Shown one piece after another: positions 61,767 to 64,000 of a stretch of DNA of 64,000 nt. The stretch comes from Phoronis australis. Lineage: Eukaryota > Animalia > Phoronida. The translations under genes were made by a program, and so were the position numbers. The notes under the pieces were generated by a model, which saw nothing but the letters and a program-made list of their open reading frames with translations, searched no databases and was not told where the DNA came from. Positions within the stretch are counted from its first letter, which is position 1. The number at the start of each line of letters is the position of its first letter. The stretch is taken from positions 280,474 through 344,473 of the forward strand of contig NMRA01000116.1 of NCBI GenBank assembly GCA_002633005.1. The letters run 5' to 3'.

Positions 61767-62739
61767 TTAACGTATTGTATTCTGCAGCCTTTGCAAAAAT
61801 TCAACAATCTTCAAAGTACTTATCAAACAACAAAAGATTATCCACTTTAAAGAACAGTAAAAGTTGTTTTATAAAGCAGAGCGTATAATAGATTTCACAC
61901 CATATGCATGCACAGCTCCCTAATGCTTTAGCCTCACTGTGGAAGTTGTAGTATGTGTAAACACAACAAACAGACAAAAATGACGAACTAAACTAAAAAG
62001 TAACGTACTAGAAACCACATAACCAATAACACAACTTCAACTAGACTTAGAGGGAACCAAACATATTTGGTTTTATTTTTACTAAACATACAAATTCCAG
62101 TTATCCAATACACAACCTATTTCAGCATTAGTTGCTGTTCCCACAGGCAATGTCAGCTTTTTCGTCTTCTCCTTGTCTGCGAACAGGTAACTTCTTGTAA
62201 TTGACTCGTTACACTTTAACGAGGTCATTATTGGCTCAGTGAATCTAAGTGTTGGCCTGAATGTGTCACTTCACCACTGTAGCATGCACTATTTATAACA
62301 ATTTAAGCTGAAATATACCTGGATTTGTATTTAGTAAAGATGTCACCAACGTTATTGGGTTTCACCTCTAAGGAATTGTGAACCAACAACACAAAGCTGA
62401 ATTTCTGATACACCTTAGTATCACCAGGGCTCAAACTTAGCACAAGCTAAGGAGCAACAACCACCTGGTTTCGTTAATTTTTTCTTGTAAGCTTCGAAAC
62501 AAGAAGCAGTAACTGCTTGAACCTGTGAAAAGCTTTAACTTTTCAAGTTTAGTTTCAAAGCGTAGAAGCAAAAATATGCTGGTAGGATTATAAGGTTTAA
62601 GTTCTAACCTAGAATTCAATCTAAGTTTCAATAGGACTGACTGAATTTTATCTTATCATATGTAACATTACGCCTAAAATCTTAATTTACACTAACGCCT
62701 TTTAAATGGCCACATTTCGGTCACAAATTTCACCCGTCA

Positions 62740-62891
62740 TTGCAACGTGTTAATATATTCTTAGCATAACGAGCTCAGATATCTGGTACACTCATTGTGG
62801 GCACATGGATTTCCTGGTAGACGTCGGGATTTGAACCTAGGACCTTCGGGTTGTCAGTCCAGCACACCGACCACTAAGCCACAGAGTCGCC
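62740..62891 (-). mobile_element. tRNA-derived SINE (5' head plus short body)
   Basis: The reverse strand reads ggcgactctg-TGGCTTAGTGG (A box)...GGTTCAAATCC (B box). Anticodon and acceptor stems do not pair, and the sequence continues into a non-tRNA body. Confidence 0.65.
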
Positions 62892-64000
62892 CAATAAATT
62901 CAAGAGAAATGTATTATGTTCTTATATCTTCCCTACTACCTAAGGAAGGATAGACAAGTATCACTTAGCTGCTTGCTTGGCTGATTGAAGACATTTCGCC
63001 TTATGTATCTACAGTGTGTATGAAATCTGAAATTTGGTTAGAAATAAAACCACAACTTGCTAAAGATGAGCTGCAATTTATTGCACATAATGTCTTTATA
63101 CTGCCAATTAATTGAAAGTATGTCGATGAATCTATTTTGAAAAAATTGGAAAAGTTTGAACTACACACTGATGCTGAACGTAATGTTTTAGTTTGCAGCA
63201 ATTTTAATGCATACACAGTTGACTTTAGAATTTCCGACAACAATGTTCATTTCATTGGTAATGAGTTTGAACTCAAGGGCTATAGATCATGGATGCGCTA
63301 TTAATACAAAACTCCATTGTTGACGATGATTACAAGCAGTATGGTTTAGAATTATTGCTTGTATGCAAATCAGCACACTAGCGTATTTTAAATGAAGGAT
63401 GAGTAATGATGGGGGTATAGATTGCACAACAGGTACAGCTAATAATGGCCAAAGCGTTGTGCTGTATGAGCCCATATTATTTATGCTTGCAAATTTTCAA
63501 AATGGGGAACAGGTAGATTGTATAATTCTAATAATTAAACACTGGTTAAGAATTGTTTAGTTATCATGAAATAAGCATATCAAATTATGTTACGCTTTGC
63601 AGTTTGGATTCCCTGACAATGGTGGCAGAGAGTGAGGATTTAAATGTTGCGCTCAGCTGGGCTTGGAATTGTACGGATTAACCAATGAGTAACTGATATG
63701 GACATTTCTGTGAAGAAATTCAAAAATGAAGACATGGAATAGCAACATTGGAATGGAAACTTGTTGTCTCAGAGTAGTCACAGTATTTATAAATTGTTCA
63801 AAAATGATTTTGAATTGGAAAACTATGCACCTCATGTTAAAAGCTTTGTTCTGTTATCTAGATGTACTCAGAGGAGTCTAATGTCACCAACAGGTAGATG
63901 AACAGGTACTGAACGGATGTGTACTTGTCGTGACTTAAATGAGCAAGTCCTCCACAGAACAATCTCCGCCAGCGACACTTGCTACCTATTAAGAAATATA

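Noticed and set aside
62815-62891. tRNA-Val(GAC)-like gene on the minus strand
   Set aside because: A and B boxes are present, but the anticodon and acceptor stems do not pair. Better explained as a SINE head.
61770-64000. Search for GOT2 exon 1 (mitochondrial presequence, phase-2 donor)
   Set aside because: No convincing candidate found; it probably lies beyond the right edge.

Overview
AT-rich, intron-rich animal DNA with GT-AG spliced genes. A marine invertebrate is likely (inferred from gene structure and repeats; species not determinable). Four protein genes were rebuilt exon by exon with phase checks. (1) URI1 is on the minus strand and runs off the left edge. (2) MRPL3 is complete on the plus strand, head-to-head with URI1 with only 309 bp between the start codons. 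(3) A ~36-kb minus-strand gene that I cannot name encodes a long coiled-coil protein with a C-terminal, non-canonical CAP-Gly domain and a PDZ-type tail. It appears to have about five phase-matched alternative first coding exons and a tandemly duplicated splice acceptor. (4) GOT2 is on the minus strand and its first exon was not found. Introns hold many non-autonomous DNA transposons: a Harbinger-like element, Tc2-like nested elements, a THAP/Kolobok-like element built from two left ends, and foldback MITEs. There are also tRNA-derived SINE heads and a ~140-160-bp-unit repeat family carrying CTCF-like motifs. No rRNA, intact tRNA or CRISPR array was found. Most ORFs in the supplied track are chance intronic ORFs.
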